A DNA stretch of 63,099 bases, the filler included, from Dirinaria sp. TL-2023a (taxonomy: Eukaryota): assembly GCA_051941275.1 (NCBI GenBank). It is 15 parts of 15 records of this genome, joined end to end, with 100 filler letters (N's around TTAATTAATTAA, not from the genome) between each part and the next. Parts side by side here need not be neighbours in the genome. Positions count along the whole stretch, not along the records: positions 59,016 to 63,099 come from JAVEBF010001911.1; 14 more parts are not named here. One strand, written 5' to 3'. The position numbers and the translations under genes were made by a program. How positions within the stretch are numbered: the stretch's first letter is position 1; every line of letters begins with the position of its first letter. Shown here piece by piece: positions 61,746-63,099 of the stretch. The notes under the pieces are model-generated. The model was given only the letters and a program-made list of their open reading frames with translations, had not been told where the DNA came from and did not search any database.

Positions 61746-63099
61746 ACGAGTCAAGGATCGAGCGTTGGATTTGGTTCGGATTCGATCGCAACGCAGAACC
61801 TTTGGATTTCGTTAAGTTCTACACCTTACAGAACCTGGTGGCAGCGGTATCATCGTTCATCCGCGAGACGCTTCGGGATATCGCCTATATTTTTACTGGA
61901 TGAAGGGTTTGTACATTAAACTTGAACAAGGCCGAACGTCGAGGTCTGTGAGGTTTGAGCCTCCAACTGTTGGGTGATGCGTCCGATGTGGTTGGAAGAT
62001 AGGTATCTCCTATCGCTCTGTTTGATGAAGTAGTAGTCAAGCTCATACGCCTGATGAGTTTCTTTCTTTCTTGTCGGTTCTAAAGTAGCCTGTACTTTAT
62101 CTTCTCATCGATGAACGAGCAACGCCAGGTGAAATCCCGTCCTGAATGACCTCAGGTTGCATTAACAGTGCACCGATGTGATTCATAGGCTCAAGGCTCG
62201 AATGTTTCATTGCCGAGCCTAATGGGGGCTTATGAACGGCAAGCTGCAATGTGCTTCCGTTAGATGTTATGATAGGCTACGTAAGATGCTGCCTTGGGAG
62301 CAAGAAATCTCTAAAAGTACTCTGCTAATGTATCTCGACGATCACCAAGCTTATCCATCCGGCTACGGAAAGCGCTTGATTTGACTCCAATCTCATCAAT
62401 GAAGCTGGGTAGCTGAATCCAATGAATGGACTTTTTTGGGAGGCTCGGGCATGTCCGTCGTAGCCTCCAAGTTGGTGGAAGAACACGAACATTGCTAATT
62501 ATTCTTCAGTCAGCACTAAAATATGTCCCAGACGGACTCTGAAAGACAGCGATACCATTTCCAACTGATAGGCCATCCTGACTACAGTAATGCTAGAAGG
62601 TGTTGCTCAGAAGCGACCACTTGCTTGGATTGAATTTTTAACTTATCCAAGAGCGGCTTGAAGTGCAGTATAGGGAAGCTGGACCCTCAATCCCGATTGC
62701 GTTAATCACGAGATAAGCTGCGCATTGCACAGTCAGGATCTCAATATCGACAAAGACTTAGGCAACCACAACTCACCCAAGTGATGACGGCGCAATGGAT
62801 CATGAAGGGTATCTGGAGATATCGCGAGCTCAGTATCGATGACTTGCGTCTCAAGGCTTTTTCAGATGATAGAGGTCTACGTATTACCTCACTTTAGACA
62901 CGATTGCGTCACTCACGATGATAACGAGGACTTCATGCATGGCGAATGCGATGTATCGAAGACCACTCGTTGTCGCTGAGACGCTTTGGGCTGCCTGAAA
63001 ATGGAATGAAATGTAATAAATATACTGGTAATCATCAGCCATGTGGCTCAGCGAGTGCTGAACGCACACGAAGTACGAGCTCTCACAATGTACAGAGTC

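Noticed and set aside
1..63099. tRNA, rRNA or CRISPR features
   Set aside because: None recognisable by eye.

Overview
This is not one locus. It is 15 unrelated contigs of a filamentous ascomycete (spliceosomal GT-AG introns; style compatible with a lichen-forming fungus, taxon not provable here), sorted by falling length (4152 to 4084 bp) and joined by artificial 100-bp N/TTAATTAATTAA linkers. Adjacency across linkers means nothing. Housekeeping genes: mitochondrial IF2, cpcA/GCN4 with two uORFs, RAD51, homoaconitase LYS4, GLO1, a ZIP transporter end and a DSBA-like gene. Accessory genes: two flavin monooxygenases, an MFS efflux pump, the end of a PLP cystathionine-gamma-synthase-like gene, three PTH11-like receptors, a HeLo-kinase-like protein, a decayed NACHT-TPR NLR, a truncated Msb2-like protein and small secreted proteins. 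Mobile DNA: a DUF3435 (Starship-captain-type) tyrosine recombinase with a C-terminal zinc-finger array, a Ty3/gypsy element with a matching solo LTR (4-bp TSD) on another contig, and a TA-flanked MITE with telomere-like repeats in its TIRs. Best leads: (1) RIP-like hypermutation with an unusual CpC>TpC preference that spares CpG, readable directly from the two LTR copies; (2) the half-mutated recombinase element; (3) a stop-free, non-AUG N-terminal extension of cpcA; (4) a phenol monooxygenase/PLP enzyme pair recalling the ank (NK13650) cluster; (5) a RanBP2-like zinc finger in mitochondrial IF2. All family calls come from motif recognition by eye, not database searches.
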